This document shows, in pieces, positions 28,687 to 41,450 of a stretch of DNA of 64,000 nt. Origin of the DNA: Chrysemys picta bellii. Its lineage: Eukaryota. Made by a program: the position numbers and the translations under genes. The notes below the pieces were generated by a model, which made no database searches, was not told the origin of the DNA, and saw only the letters and a program-made list of their open reading frames with translations. Each line of letters begins with the position of its first letter. The first letter of the stretch is position 1. Location: positions 38,006,001 to 38,070,000 of the forward strand of contig NC_088804.1 in NCBI RefSeq assembly GCF_011386835.1, written 5' to 3'.

Positions 28687-29525
28687 TCAAGTCAGCAGAA
28701 ACAACACCATATGCCTTAAGTGGCGATTTGCACACTACAGATAATGAATAGCAAATTGTTGTTTGCATAAACTATCCAGGAAATACTTGTAAGAAATTAG
28801 TACTTTTGTAGAAGCCAGGATCAGTTGGCAAACACTTTGCAAACCGAAAAAAGGGCTAAATTTGTAAAGTAACTTATCTGCAGTAAATAACTCCACCCTC
28901 TCTATTTATTTTTCTATCACGGAGGAGTATTCTAACCTGGTTGTGGGTGAGTTAATGAGAGCTCCTTTTGTGTTAGTGCATTTCATAATTGAAATATTTC
29001 ACATGGAGATTTTCTTATACTCAAGCTCATTTAACGGAATTGTTTGAAGTCCCAGCTCTTGTGCCCCATCCATCTTGCCAGCATGGCTTTGATCACGTTC
29101 TCCCTTCATGTCGGAATTCAGCCTCAATAAATTACCTTGCTAACATTTCTCTCCACTTCCCTTCGCCAGCTAAATCTGCAAAGGTCTGGAGAAGACAAAA
29201 TCTCTTGAAAAGTCCTTTAATCTTTGTGCTGCTTTTGACACTCTCACAGACGAGGTTAGTCTCTAACTAACCAGTGTATCAAAATGGATGTGGTCTTTTC
29301 ATTTCTTCTCTTTTCTTCACTTATCAGAGAGAGATTAAAGACCAGCCATATAACAGCGCTTGGGACAAAGGCTTACCAGCACTTAAGGCACTTCCATCTG
29401 TTCACATTTGTAACTTGCTCAGACATATTTTCCCAACCCATACTATTCCTATGCTGTGTCAGAAACCATTTTATTTTCAATGGTGGTGTTCACACTTGGG
29501 TGTGCTTACCTGTTTTCCCATCATT

Positions 29526-29611
29526 GATTTAGCTGGGGATTGGTCCTGCTTTGAGCAGGGGGTTGGACTAGATGACCTCCTGAGGTCCTTCCAAACCTGA
29601 TATTCTATGAT
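29526..29611 (+). mobile_element. CR1 3' tail
   Basis: GGTCCTGCTTTGAGCAGGGGGTTGGACTAGATGACCTCCTGAGGTCCTTCCAAACCTGATATTCTATGAT; same family as 24116-24753. Confidence 0.85.
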
Positions 29612-32227
29612 CATTGCTTGATTTGACTGTATTATTACTGTTTGTGTCTCTTCTCTCATGTGTTAAGCATGGACTGTATCGTTTTCACCACATATTAACA
29701 TACATCTATTAGGAATGTTTTCAGTAGAACGGCAATTAGTGCCTGATGCAAAGCCCAAGGAAGTCAGTGGAAGGACTCTCATTGACGTCAGTTGGCTTTG
29801 GATTAGGCCCTAATTCTACCAATTTTTTTTCCTGTTTATTCATAACCGAAGAGCTAGAAGAAGGGGCGGGGGGGAGTTTTAGTGTCACACACACACACAC
29901 ACCCTACCTGTTATGTATGCTGTGTCATAGAGGTTTGTTGTTTTTGAGGCAAAACAGAAATGACGGCCGCAATTTTCTAAGCTGGTTCTTGAATGTAGGC
30001 TTCTTGCCCATATTTGGGCACCTAAATAAAGGTGACCTGATTTTCAAAGGTGTTGAGCTCCCACAGCTCACATGGATTTCAGAGAGATTTTGAAGTGCTC
30101 ATTTTCTCTGAAAATCAGGCCAGTTTTAAGGCTCACTTTCCCAGGATACTGAATATCCTTCTCCCATTGACTCCCCACCTCCCAGGAGCGCTCAGCATCT
30201 TGCAGGAGCCAGCCCTTGTTTAGGAACCTAAATTTTAATAAGGACCCAACCTTGATAGCTTTGACCAGAGTCCCTGTCCTGAAGCGCTAACAACTGAGGT
30301 CAGATGGACTTGAAATGACACAGGAAAAGATTGCATTGGACATGGGGATGGTGGGACAAGAAGGGACTTGTGAAGATATTGAAGACACACTGTACTGAAA
30401 TGCTACTGCTTGTATAGTTGTACCACCTACGATTCAGTGGTGGTAATATTACCCTTCCCTAACACATCATCAGTACTTGTGCTGTTAAGACATGAATGAG
30501 ATCCAGGGAGGGGAGAGGAATATTTAGATTTCTGTTCCTCAGCGTGGTACCAATCATCCATGTTTCTGGTACAGCTAAAGAACTAAAAGGACAACAGATT
30601 TCCAGGTTTTAATTCACTGGGAACAAAGTAACATGCGTACGTGTTTTTGTTATCTTGTCATTATGGGCGTTTCCCTGTGAATAACTGCTACACACAGTGT
30701 CTCAGAGCTGGGAGGTCTAGTTAATCTGCAGATCTTAAAACTACAGGATTTTGTTGTGGTTATTTAAGAGTTTGTCCATAAGCTCATGACTCCCAATCCT
30801 ACATCCTTTTCTCCTCCTTCAAATCCTGGCTTTGCCATTGCATTCCTGTATCTCTGAGCAAAAATAAATTAGCCAAGAGGTAGTGGATAAAAGACTCATC
30901 TTCTAAACAGGATGTTTTGTCAATGGAATGTAGTTTAAGTGTATTTAGTAAGGGATGTCTGTGAGATGTGTAAATTGCCTTGTAACAAAAGTTCACCCTT
31001 CAGAAACGTGGCTTGCTCAAGCAAAGACAACAATGGCTTAAGGGTTTATATAAAGTAGGGTATTCCTGCTTGCAAACACTAGGTTATGGCTAAGCATTGC
31101 CCTGGGAGATGTCCTTAATTTGGTGAGAAGCTGTTAAGCGAGTAGCTGTTAGCAAACACCTCTGTTTTCAGCATTCATACACTGTGCATGCTCTTAAAAT
31201 TGAGAGACAGGATGTGAAACGTGTGTGTCAAACAATGCACACCACAAAAATTAAAGTTAAATGCAATGCTCAAACAGGTTTCAGGGTTTCTTACCACTTT
31301 GATTATTGGAAAAGTGGAGGAAAAAGTAATGATTCAGAGTCTCACCTGGTGTAAATTGGCATTGCTCCATGAATGATACCAATTTATACCAGCTGAATAC
31401 CTGGCCCAACAGATTTTCACCACAGCCTGCGTTCTGCAACACGGTTTGTGGTTGTGGCCAAGATATTTGTTGTAATGAAAACAAATGTGTTGCATGCAAG
31501 GAAAACATAACGAAATGCTGGGATTGGTATCACAGAAATGATCATTCAATGTCTTTGAAAGACTTTTGGCTCCTTTAGTAGTGCCTGACGGTATACAGTA
31601 GGTACAATATGGCTCAATTCTCCTCCACTTACACCAGTTTAACACGAATGTAGCATTATTCACTTCAAAGAAGCCACTTCTGACTTACACCAGTGTAAGT
31701 ATGAACAGAATCAGCCCTACACTGTCCTGTCTATAGTGCTAGGTGCTCTAGGAATGCTTAGTCAGCAGTAACTTCTTGTCTAGCTCTCTCTTTATACACA
31801 GCCCCTTTGGAAAACAAGGGAAGCTGCTAGGAGCTGAGAAGTTTAGCCATCTGATTCAGGTGCTGACATGGGAGCTGATCCCTCTTGAAAACCTGGCAAC
31901 TTATTTAAATGCCACAATGGGAGCTGTTAGCTCTTTTGAAAATCTAGCCCCGTGTCTCTGAGGAGAACCCTAAATGCATGAGGTAACACTTTTCCTGGTG
32001 GCAGCTGGGATCTGTGACTAGGTATTTGTCAGTCTGTCACAGTTCTTTGCATTTTTTTTTTTTTAAAAGCACAAAATAACCAGAGTAATTAATATAATTA
32101 TATATATTTGGGGAAGTGGAGGGGGAGATGAGAATAGTTAGTGCAAAACAGCAATTTCATTTGGCTTTTTTAAAAACAAAAGATTTAGAACGTATTTATG
32201 CTTCTGTTGTTGAGAGTTTGAGAGAGA

Positions 32228-32496
32228 ATCTGTGTCTACGCTACACACTTTTTAGCAACACAGCCGTGCTGCTAAAAGGCACACAGTGTAGCCGCTGTTT
32301 GTCGGCGGGAGAGAGCTCTCCCGCCGACAAAAACCTTCCACCCTCAACAAGCGGTGGCAGCTTTGCCAGCAGGAGAGCGCTCCTGCCGACAAAGTGCTTT
32401 TCGTCAGTAAACTTTTGTCCTTCGGGGGGGGTGGTTTTTTTTTAACACTCCTGAAGACAAAAGTTTTGCCGACGAAGTTCCAGTGTAGACAAAGCC
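32228..32496. mobile_element. Hairpin MITE (Harbinger-like TIRs)
   Basis: Ends TGTGTCTACGCTA and CAGTGTAGACAAAGCC; internal perfect palindrome TGTCGGCGGGAGAGAGCTCTCCCGCCGACA. Confidence 0.65.
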
Positions 32497-33386
32497 TGAC
32501 AGAAACAGCAAAAGGGTTCCTGCTAAATAAACAAATTGTGGGATTGGGGAGGGGGAACTTGGTATAAGGTTGGGGGCAAGAGAGAATGTAACTGAGGACA
32601 GAAATAGCCCTACAATATGGGACAGCCTGCTTCTGAATCAGAAATGAACAGTAATGTCAAATGGGCACATTGTACAAAGTCGTCTCCCCACCACCTTGCT
32701 ATCACTGGGAAGCTCTGCTATAAAGGATGTGGGCCAGATTCTGATCCCAGTGTGCACTGGTGTAACTCCCTCAGCGCCAATGTAAAGGTCCGATCCTGCA
32801 CCATTAAAGTCAATGAGCGTTTTGCCATTTGCTACAGTGGTGTAGGATGGAACCTAAATGAGATCAGACTCTAGTTGAAGTACTTAATGCGTAAGGCTTT
32901 GGACAACACTTAAGTACCTTGTTGAGCCAATGAAATGGCTAGAAATTGCTACTTGCCCTGCTACCATTGCTGTGTGGTTCACTGATCTCCTTTGCTGAGT
33001 GTATTTTGGAATAGCATCCACAGCTATCAGTTGTATGGGTTTCTATGCATCAGCCACCTTTGCTTCCTTTTCTCCACTGCTAGATGTTAGCAGGTTTTGC
33101 GACCTCCAAAAGGGGAAGGGGCGGGGCAGTGCTTGGTGCAATGTTGTTCTTTCCATTTTCTAGTACCTTCAGAGGAATCTGTTTGGGCAGTTAGGGCCAG
33201 ATCTACAAAGGTATTTAGGTACCTAAAATTCCAGATAGGAATCTAATCATATTAGGTGCTTCTGAAAATTCCATTAAACACTTAACTCCCACTGGAGTTC
33301 ACTGGGAGTTTGGCACTAACACATTTAATAGGCACTTAGCTGCATCCTTAGGCACCTAATTACTTTGTAAATCTGTCCCTTAGCAA

Positions 33387-34290
33387 AATTTACTGGTGGG
33401 GGAATTCTGTGCCAAAAAAATAAAAATTCTGCGCACAATATTTTAAAATTCTGCATATTTTATTTGTCAAAATAACAATGTAATTATGCCAGTTTCAATT
33501 ATTTTCATAATTAATTTCAAAATATCCATCCACAAGAATGTTTGTAACAATACAGACAACAAAAAAGATTGAGGAAATGTTTTTTGACAAATAGATTCCT
33601 TACTAGGCATATTTATACAGAACTTTGAGTAAGAAATCATTTAAGCTACAATATAAAAATGTATTTCCTGCACCCCTTGGAAGCAGTGCAAAGGCTTGGG
33701 GGAGTCAAGGGTAATGGAAGAGCTGAGGGAGAGGGAAGTAATTGCTGGAAAGTGAAAGTGGAGGGTTGTTGGGTGACAGTGGAAGAAGTATGGAACAGGT
33801 TTTTGGGGATGGAGAGTGGGGAGGGATTGTTAGGGGATGGGGAGCCTCCCTCATGCAGACCCTGGGAGAGGCTAGGGGTTAGTCAGGCACATCTGCTCCT
33901 GTCCCCATGTGGCCCTGCACCCCCACTCAGCCGTCCCCATTCCCATGTGGTCCTGCTTCCCCTGCCCCCTGTTCCCATATGGCCCTGCACTCATTACCCC
34001 CATCCCCATGTCTCTGCACCCTCACACCCATTCAGCCCCCGTTCCAGTCTGTCCCCTCGCTAGTCCTTCTGAACACCACAGCCCCAGGGCCGGAGGAGCT
34101 GGTTCCCCTTCTTCCCCATCCCCCTGCAGCTGGTGGCGCTCACTTTCCCCCAGCAGCTGGAAGAGCTGAATCCGCCCCCGCGGGCCCAGGGCCAGAGGAG
34201 CTGGCATCCCCTGCCCTGGCCCGAGGAGTTCGCTCTCCTTGCCCCGGAGCAGTTCTGTGCCCCCCCTGACTGGAGGGGGTGACTGGGACC
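33387..34290. mobile_element. Probable non-autonomous DNA transposon (hAT-like)
   Basis: Abrupt AT-rich then GC-rich block starting GGGGGAATTCTGTGCCAAAAAAATAAAAATTCTGCG, recalled as a common turtle repeat; boundaries approximate. Confidence 0.4.
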
Positions 34291-34354
34291 CTGCTTGCCC
34301 CCTTTTTTGCATGCCCATGACGCAGAGAGATCTCAGGTGAATAAATTATCACCA

Positions 34355-34452
34355 TTTTACAGAGGGAGATTCAATGACTTACCCAGACCACCTACCGAGC
34401 CAGTGGCCATCCAAGTAGAACCCAAGTCTCAGTTCTGTGCTTTAACCACTAG
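34355..34452 (-). mobile_element. MIR/CORE-SINE fragment
   Basis: CCATTTTACAGAGGGAGATTCAATGACTTACCCAGACCAC...AGAACCCAAGTCTC. Confidence 0.55.
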
Positions 34453-36057
34453 ATGAGGCTGGGAAGTTCCTGCACGTGTCAAACCAGGAAATGGACAGCA
34501 TGGAGGAGGAGACTGTACGTGGATTCCCTCCACTTCCAGACAAATCACTGCAGCCCTCGAGACAAAAGTAGCTTTTGCATGATTATAATTAGCAACACAT
34601 TGTCCTACTGCAGAAGAGTTCTTTGGTATTTTACAACCGAGCAAACAGCTTATTTCCCTTCTCCTCCCTAGCCACCCAGCCGCTCCACAAATGGGTTTGT
34701 TGGATGCATACACTGAAACCCCAAACTGCCTCTTTTTCTTTTCTTTTTTTTTGGTGGAGGAGTTAGAAATTTTGGTTGCACTCTCCCTGAAGTGACCAGC
34801 AAGACTCCCATAGGATTAGGACTACATCCGTTGGGCAGATTGTGTTGCCCTGCTCCCGTCATGGGCATGAAATGGGCAGCGGAACGAGGGTGGTTCTTTG
34901 GCAGGGGCAGGGGTGGAGGGGTAGTAGGATATGGGGAGCCGTTGTTAGGTATGCATCACAAGTAGGAAGGGTGGTTGGGGGGGCAGGACAGGGTGGATTT
35001 TCAGCTATGAGCACTTGTCTCACTTACACTGAGATCTCCTAGATGAGCTTATCACCAGTGTGAGATCTACTGGTGCAAGGGGGAAGCTGTAGGGAATACT
35101 CTGTAGTGTCCATTGTACTAAGGCATGGGTACTACAGCCCAGTCACTTGATGAATTCAGAATCCCAGGGTTCATTTGAAAAAGAAAGTTTCTCTCATGGA
35201 AACAAAGAGAAGCTTGAAAACCTCACCCGAGTATAACTGGTGCCTCCCGGAGTTTGCAGTCAGCCAAAAGATATGAACTGCCCCATTTAATTTTAACTCT
35301 GAAACCTGTTGCCCCCCCCCCCCCCCCCCCAAGGAGAGCTAGGGCCACGTCAGAGCTGGGGGTTGGTCCTGGCAACCGGCGGGGATGTCCCCTTTGGGGG
35401 GGGGGGGTATCCCCATGGCTCTGGGTTGCTTTAATTTGGTCTTGTTCACAGAGTGTCCTGAAGGGCCTGGGAACTCTTTGCCCATCCCAGTGCCCATCCC
35501 ATGTACGCAGGTTGTGTGAAGAGGTGAAGGTTTGCCCTTGGTAGTGTTGATCTTTCTAAATAAAGCTTCTGGATGTATGTTTTGAGCAAAGTTTGACTTT
35601 AGGGTGAAAGAAACTGTACAGTTGGTTCGTAATTGGCTGGGCTTGTTTCTGAGTACAGGAGCAATTAGTTACATGAGTGTAGAAAAATGTTTTTCCTGTT
35701 TGGTTTAACTAGCATAGAGCTTGCATTTCACATGGAAACTTGACAGAGGACAACAAATGTTCCTAATTGTTGGCCAGGAAAAACATAGTAAGATGGCTTC
35801 AGCCATTTGTCTAATGTCATATTGCCCGGCTCAGGGGAAGCTGCTGTCCGTTTCAGCAATCTGAAAGTATTTGGTGGAGAAAAATGCATCTCTCCCAGGA
35901 TCAGCTGTCATAACTCATCAAAATAGGAAAATGGCATGTACCTTTCAGAGTGCTAAGGCTCCCATGTAAACATGTACATCTCTGAACTGCCAGCTTGTGT
36001 TAGATTCTAGAAGAATTACGGTAGAGTTAAAAAAAAAAAGTTTACTTGTTAAGGGCC

Positions 36058-36694
36058 TGTAGCAAGGTCGAGACTCACTGGCGCGGCGCCTCCTGCTGGT
36101 CATCTGGGAATTAGCTCTTTTCCAGCCTCAGAGCACCCTCTACTGGCCGGTGTCTCACCTGCCTCAAGCCCTCATATCCCCCTCAGACCCCACTGCCCTT
36201 TACCTTGGGGTTCTGCCCCAGCAGTACCCCCTCACTCTGGGTCTCCCCTCCCAGGGGAACCCCCATCCCCTAAGCCCACCTTGCCTCAGTGTCTACTGCC
36301 AATTGTCATCTAGCCCCCTCTCACTGGGGCTAACTGCAATCCATAATGGCCACTCATCATCAGCAAGGGGGTTGGACCAGCTTCCTCTGCCCATCCCCAC
36401 GTTACACCTCTTTAGCCCCAGTACCTGCCTTGGGCCTTTAACAAGACCTGCAGCCTGGGGAGTTGCCAGGCTGGAGCTCCTCTTGCCTTTCCCCAGCCCT
36501 GCTCCGCTTCAGGTACCCTTTCCTCCCAGGCAGTTAGATCCTTCTCCCTCCAAGGCTGGAGAGAGACTATCAGCTCCTGGCTCACAGCCCCTTTATAGGG
36601 CCAGCTGTGGACTGATTGGGCGTGGCCCCAGCTGTGGCTGCTTCCCCAATCAGCCTAGCCTTGTCCACCAGAGCAGGGTAACTGCCCCACTACA
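36058..36694 (-). mobile_element. Solo LTR (637 bp) in MTHFSD intron 7
   Basis: Termini TGTAG...CTACA; 5-bp target-site duplication GGGCC at 36053-36057 and 36695-36699; minus-strand TATAAA (36592-36597) with CCAAT (36615-36619) upstream. Confidence 0.8.
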
Positions 36695-37993
36695 GGGCCC
36701 AATTCCAGCACCTTTTACTCCCGACCCATGTGGGGCCAGAATGGAGGCAGCCTCTGTTTTAAACTAATTGTTCTCATTCTGTCACTGGGTCATATATGAA
36801 CTATTAGGCCGAAACAAGAGGAAACCAGGCCTGACTTTTGGTCTGAGCCTGAAAGTAAAACTCTTTGAGGTTCACAAACCTGAAACCCTGCAGAGGCATG
36901 TGCAAACACTGGAGAGACCTCTGCTGAATTGCCTCTGCTATACCCTAGATGGGCCTTGGTGCCCCACCTGCTCTCATCTACCACCAGCAACTTCTTGGCA
37001 GCTGGCTGGCCCTTTTTCCCTTGAAGTTCACTGAGGTGGAGTCAACAAGGTGTCCTGGCACCCCATTAATTTTGGGGGGCAGATCTCCTGGAAGGTAAAC
37101 TTCTTGCTTGTCCACAACCTCATCAACAGCCGTGCAAGCAATGCCCCTTTTCCTTCCAGCTACTGCAATGGCTTTGCTACAGTTCAGAGGCTGAGAGCCC
37201 AGCCAGGTTATACAGTAACTAGGGAGTTCTTGAGTTTCCTATAAGTCGTGGGCTGCAGCCTAGGCCCTTTCATGGCCCAGACTAGTAGCATTCAGCAGTG
37301 AGAATAAGAGTCTTTCCTGGATCTCTGCTGATGAGGATTATGATAACTGGGGCATGATGGAGAGAGAGCAGGGCTCTTTCTAAAGCCCAGCTGCCCCTAA
37401 AGATCCTGGCAGGGAAGGAGAAGACCATCCCCACCCCACTGACTTTGAGAGGGATGGGGAGAGGAAAACACGTGAGGCCACTCAGAGTGCAACAGAAAGG
37501 GGGCTGTGCCTGTGATGGGGAGAAATGATGGAAGGGAAATTTTGGGGGCAGGGCCAGGCGACTTGTCAGAGAAAAACGTTAACACAGTTTTGGCCAATTT
37601 CCATGAGGGAAGCATGGGGGATGCAGTCCGTGTTAGATTTTTAACACACATAATATATGTCATATGCAGAATCTTGTATTGATGCAACATTAAGGTTGCA
37701 AATCCGAACATGCACGAGTCAGCAAATTCCAAAGTCCAGTAGCTCTGGGTTGGTTGGTTATTTTCTGCTGGATCTGCATTGTGCAGCCTGCATAGTGACT
37801 AGTGTTTTTTGTTGCCCTGCCACGTATGTTTATGGAGTAACTTCAGAAGTCAGCCACACAGTTAGTAAAGTTTGTTGAATGCTCTGGGCACTTTGAAGGA
37901 TGATGACAAAACGAGATCACAGTCTGATCTGACCTTATATGTTGGGTTAATTTAAAAAAAACACCCTCAAACTTGTTTCTATTAATTTTTTAG

Positions 37994-38521
37994 ATCAGCT
38001 ACGAGATGCTGGAAAGAATCCCAATCCTAAAGAATCTTCGCTATAGAGAGAAGCAGGCAGGCAAAGATGTTATCCTGAAAGACGAACATCCAGACTTTCC
38101 AAACGCCAGGAAACCAGCAGACTCCGATGAAAATGCCAAGACTGGAAATACAAAACTGCAAACTGAGTCCACCTCGGCCCAAATTGGACAGCATCATGTT
38201 GGAAATGATTCTTTAAGTACCAAATCAGAGACACATGGTGCACTCACCACTGTCTATGTAGGTAATATACCTCCAGGCACAAGAGTGAGTGAGTTAAAAA
38301 GTGCTTTACGAGAATTCCATGCATCCCCGTTGCGGCTCAGTTGGCAAGGAGCACAGGGCCGGGCTTTTCTTGATTACACGGATAAAATGACTGCTGAGAG
38401 TGTTGTAGCCTCTTTGAAAGGCTTAAGCCTCAGGGGTCAGACTTTGCGAGTTGAGATGGCCAAGAACCAGAGAAACAAAGGGCAAGTAGAAATCAATGGA
38501 CAGAGAAACAAGTCTGAATAG
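37994..38521 (+). CDS. MTHFSD: MTHFSD exon 8 (linker plus RRM domain, stop)
   Basis: ISYEMLERIPILKNLRYREKQAGKDV...TTVYVGNIPPGTRVSELKSALRE...GRAFLDY...LRVEMAK, with RNP2- and RNP1-like motifs; TAG at 38519-38521. Spliced CDS is 1218 nt (405 aa) and in frame. Confidence 0.95.
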   Translation: MSYEMLERIPILKNLRYREKQAGKDVILKDEHPDFPNARKPADSDENAKTGNTKLQTESTSAQIGQHHVGNDSLSTKSETHGALTTVYVGNIPPGTRVSELKSALREFHASPLRLSWQGAQGRAFLDYTDKMTAESVVASLKGLSLRGQTLRVEMAKNQRNKGQVEINGQRNKSE

Positions 38522-40619
38522 AAAAAATTAGGTATATCTTCATTGCTCATCAAGAATCCAACCTAGTTTTTCAAGGATCTCAGCACAGTCTCTAACTTTG
38601 TGGACTAAACAGGATCCAACAATAGAATTTAAAAGCCAGCTTTTCTAGCAGATTGGGCATGCAGTTGCACGGCTGATTTGCTGACTGTTTCTACAAATGT
38701 TCATGCAAATCAAGTATTTGCCTATGCAGATGACAAATTGGCCCTTTCGGCATACAGTTACTCAGTTTATGTCTTCAGGTGCCAGTAGTTGTGCACTAGA
38801 TAGGTGTGTCATTGTACACACATCCACATTCGTTTGCACACAAGCCCTGTTTGGAAAACTGCTCCAAGGAATCTGTGTACCCACAATTCTAGCCAGATGC
38901 CTATATTCTGTCATCGGTGCTGGCCAGGGAAATGTACCTGCACAGCTGTGCACACACATTTAGAGGTGAGCTTTTGAAAATCTAGTCTGTGGGATGCAAC
39001 ACTTGCCAGACAGGACCCGATCCTGTGAGGTACAAAGGACAGCTGGCTAGGAAAACTGCCCCCACACCCCTCTACTCCCCCCACACACACTCTCCCAAAA
39101 AAGGCTTTTTGAGGTTTGCAACAAAATTTTGTGAGAGATGGAAAAAAATTCACAGAAATGTTTTGTTGAAAAGCAATTTTTCAATGCCATTGGATGGATT
39201 GTGATTCGTGGGGGAGGGGGAGGTGTTTGTTTTGGTTTGTTTGTGTGGTGGTTGTTTTTTGTTTTTTTTACCATCTCTGGTACTGAGCATCGTCAGCACC
39301 TGTCGACTTCATCTGAAAATAACAGCACTGAGCACCCCACAGGGGTCACTCTCGTAACTCTCTCTCAATTTTGTACATTTTATTCTGGTCTGGGAAATCA
39401 GATGAATATCGCTTTTCTTTCCGGCTATTTTAGGTGCCTTTTTCATGGGTAGATTGGTATGTAGTATGTGATTATTTTCAAGACCAGTGGGCCTGATTCT
39501 TCTCTCACTGCTGCTGATGTAAATTAAGCACAACTCTGACGTGAATGGAGTTATATTAGTGTAAAACTGATGTAAGGGAGAGAAGATTCAGGGCCTCTAC
39601 TGCAAATACTGGTGGAAATTGATTAGGCATAAAGTTATTTGAAAAGTTACCAAGGTATCAGCACAGCGTATTCATTCTGTGCCTTCTTATTACAGCAGTG
39701 CAATCTTCCTTTGTAACCATGATGCCAGATATGGGTTTGAGTACGGAGTGCTACAGGAAAATTTTCCTGACGGGGAGGTGCTAGCTTGTACACGCATACA
39801 CACACATACTTTTACGGAATAAAGCAGAATTATGATTTATTTAATATGGCTTTTATTTTTTGTAAGTTCCTTAGTCCTGAAAAACAAGTTGAATTTTGGC
39901 TGAACTATCCTTTCTAAACAGAAGCACTTTGCAATTGATCCTGGGCAAAAAGTCAAAATAAGCTTCTAAATGGATATTTTCTTTTTTTAAGTATAGGAGT
40001 TGGAAACATTTTTCTTAGCCAGAGGGTATTACTAAGTATATTTTAAGCACATTATTATGCTTCAAGTGGGGAAGACCTTTCATGCAGTATTAAAGAAAAC
40101 GTTCTCAAAGCTGTCTGCATAAGAGCTCAAAGAAAGCATTGCTTTAACTTTTTGCAGGGCAAACAAAGGAGAGGCTTCTGAAGAAATAAAATTATGCTCT
40201 CGAGTGATGACTGTTCCTCAAACTCAGAATTATTGTCAATGCTCCTCAGGGTGAATTAAAGCTAAAACGCTGCAAAGCACTTATCTTTGCCCAACTGGCC
40301 ATGCAAGCAAAACATTTAAAATATATGGGTAGGGGGGCTGTGTAACAAATTGCAAACATGTTCATTGCACAATCAGTTAAAAGAAGATCTGAAAAGCAAA
40401 CTAAAAATAATCCAGTATCACTTTTTTCCAAAATCACTGGCAGTTATGTGATGGTCTATCTAATTATGCTCTTTTTAGACTCGTATAACCCCATTGGCAT
40501 CAGTGAAGATGTACAGGTGGAAACAAAGGTAATGAGATGACCTGGGTAATTACAGGCCCATCGGTCTGATATTATTCCCATGCAAAATAATGGAGTGGCT
40601 GATACGAGACTCAATTAAT

Positions 40620-41073
40620 AAAGAATTAAAGGAGGATAATGTAATTAAAGCAAATCAAGGAGGGTTTATGGAAAATAGACCCAGTCAAAGTAACTTGATG
40701 GCTTTTTTTAAAACGAGTTGGATTGTTTGTTAAACTGGGTGTAAGCAAATAATATATTTTGATATGGCTAACTATAAATATATACAACTAGGAACAAAGA
40801 ATGTAGAGGGACTGTATCTTGGGAAGCAGTGATTCTGAAAAAAATTAGGGGGTTGTGGTGGATAATCATATGAATTTGAGTTCTAATTCCATCCTGAGAT
40901 GCAGAAACGGGCAATCTCAAGTAGGAAGAGATTATTTCACCTTTATATTTGGCACTGGTGCAACCGCTGATGTCCAGTTCTGGTGCCCACAGTTCAAGAA
41001 GGATGTTGATACATTGGAGAGGTTTCAGAGAAAATCCACAAGAACGATTAAAGGATTAGAAAAAATGCCCTAC
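40620..41073 (+). mobile_element. Degraded CR1 ORF2 fragments
   Basis: Reads QFWCPQFKKDVDTLERFQRKSTRTIKGLEKMPY, similar to the CR1 ORF2 C-terminus; an upstream GGFMENR-like segment. Confidence 0.7.
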
Positions 41074-41450
41074 TAAATTCGTGGTCATGAAAAATGCCGT
41101 GAAATCTGGTCTTTAGGCTTTTGTCTGCTTTTACCCTATTCTATACAGATTTCACAGGGGAGACTGGAGTTTCTCAAATTCGGCGTCCTGATCAAAAAGA
41201 GAGTTGCAGGGGGGTTGCAAGGTTATTTTAGGGGGTCGAACTACTGCAACTCTTACTTCACTGCCTTCAGAGCTAGGCAGCCAGAGAGCAGCGACTGTTG
41301 GCTGGGCACCTAGCTCTGAAAGTAGCACCCCACCAGAAGCAGAAGTAAGGGTGGCGATACCATACCATGCCCCGCTTACTTTGTGCTGGTGCCTTCAGAG
41401 CTGGGTGTCTGGAAAGTGGTGGCTGCTGACTGAGGGCCCAGCTCTGCCCT
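41074..41450. mobile_element. Probable DNA transposon fragment abutting the CR1
   Basis: Abrupt switch to AAATTCGTGGTCATGAAAAATGCCGTGAAATC..., recalled as a turtle hAT-like repeat; boundaries approximate. Confidence 0.35.

Noticed and set aside
33659-34355. Cluster of 70-135 aa ORFs
   Set aside because: Low-complexity interior of a probable DNA transposon; no domain or splice support.
35308-35410. Long C run followed by G runs
   Set aside because: Simple homopolymers of unreliable length; no evidence of function.
36150-36767. 205-aa ORF in MTHFSD intron 7
   Set aside because: Lies inside the solo LTR, starts at GTG and shows no gag or pol similarity.
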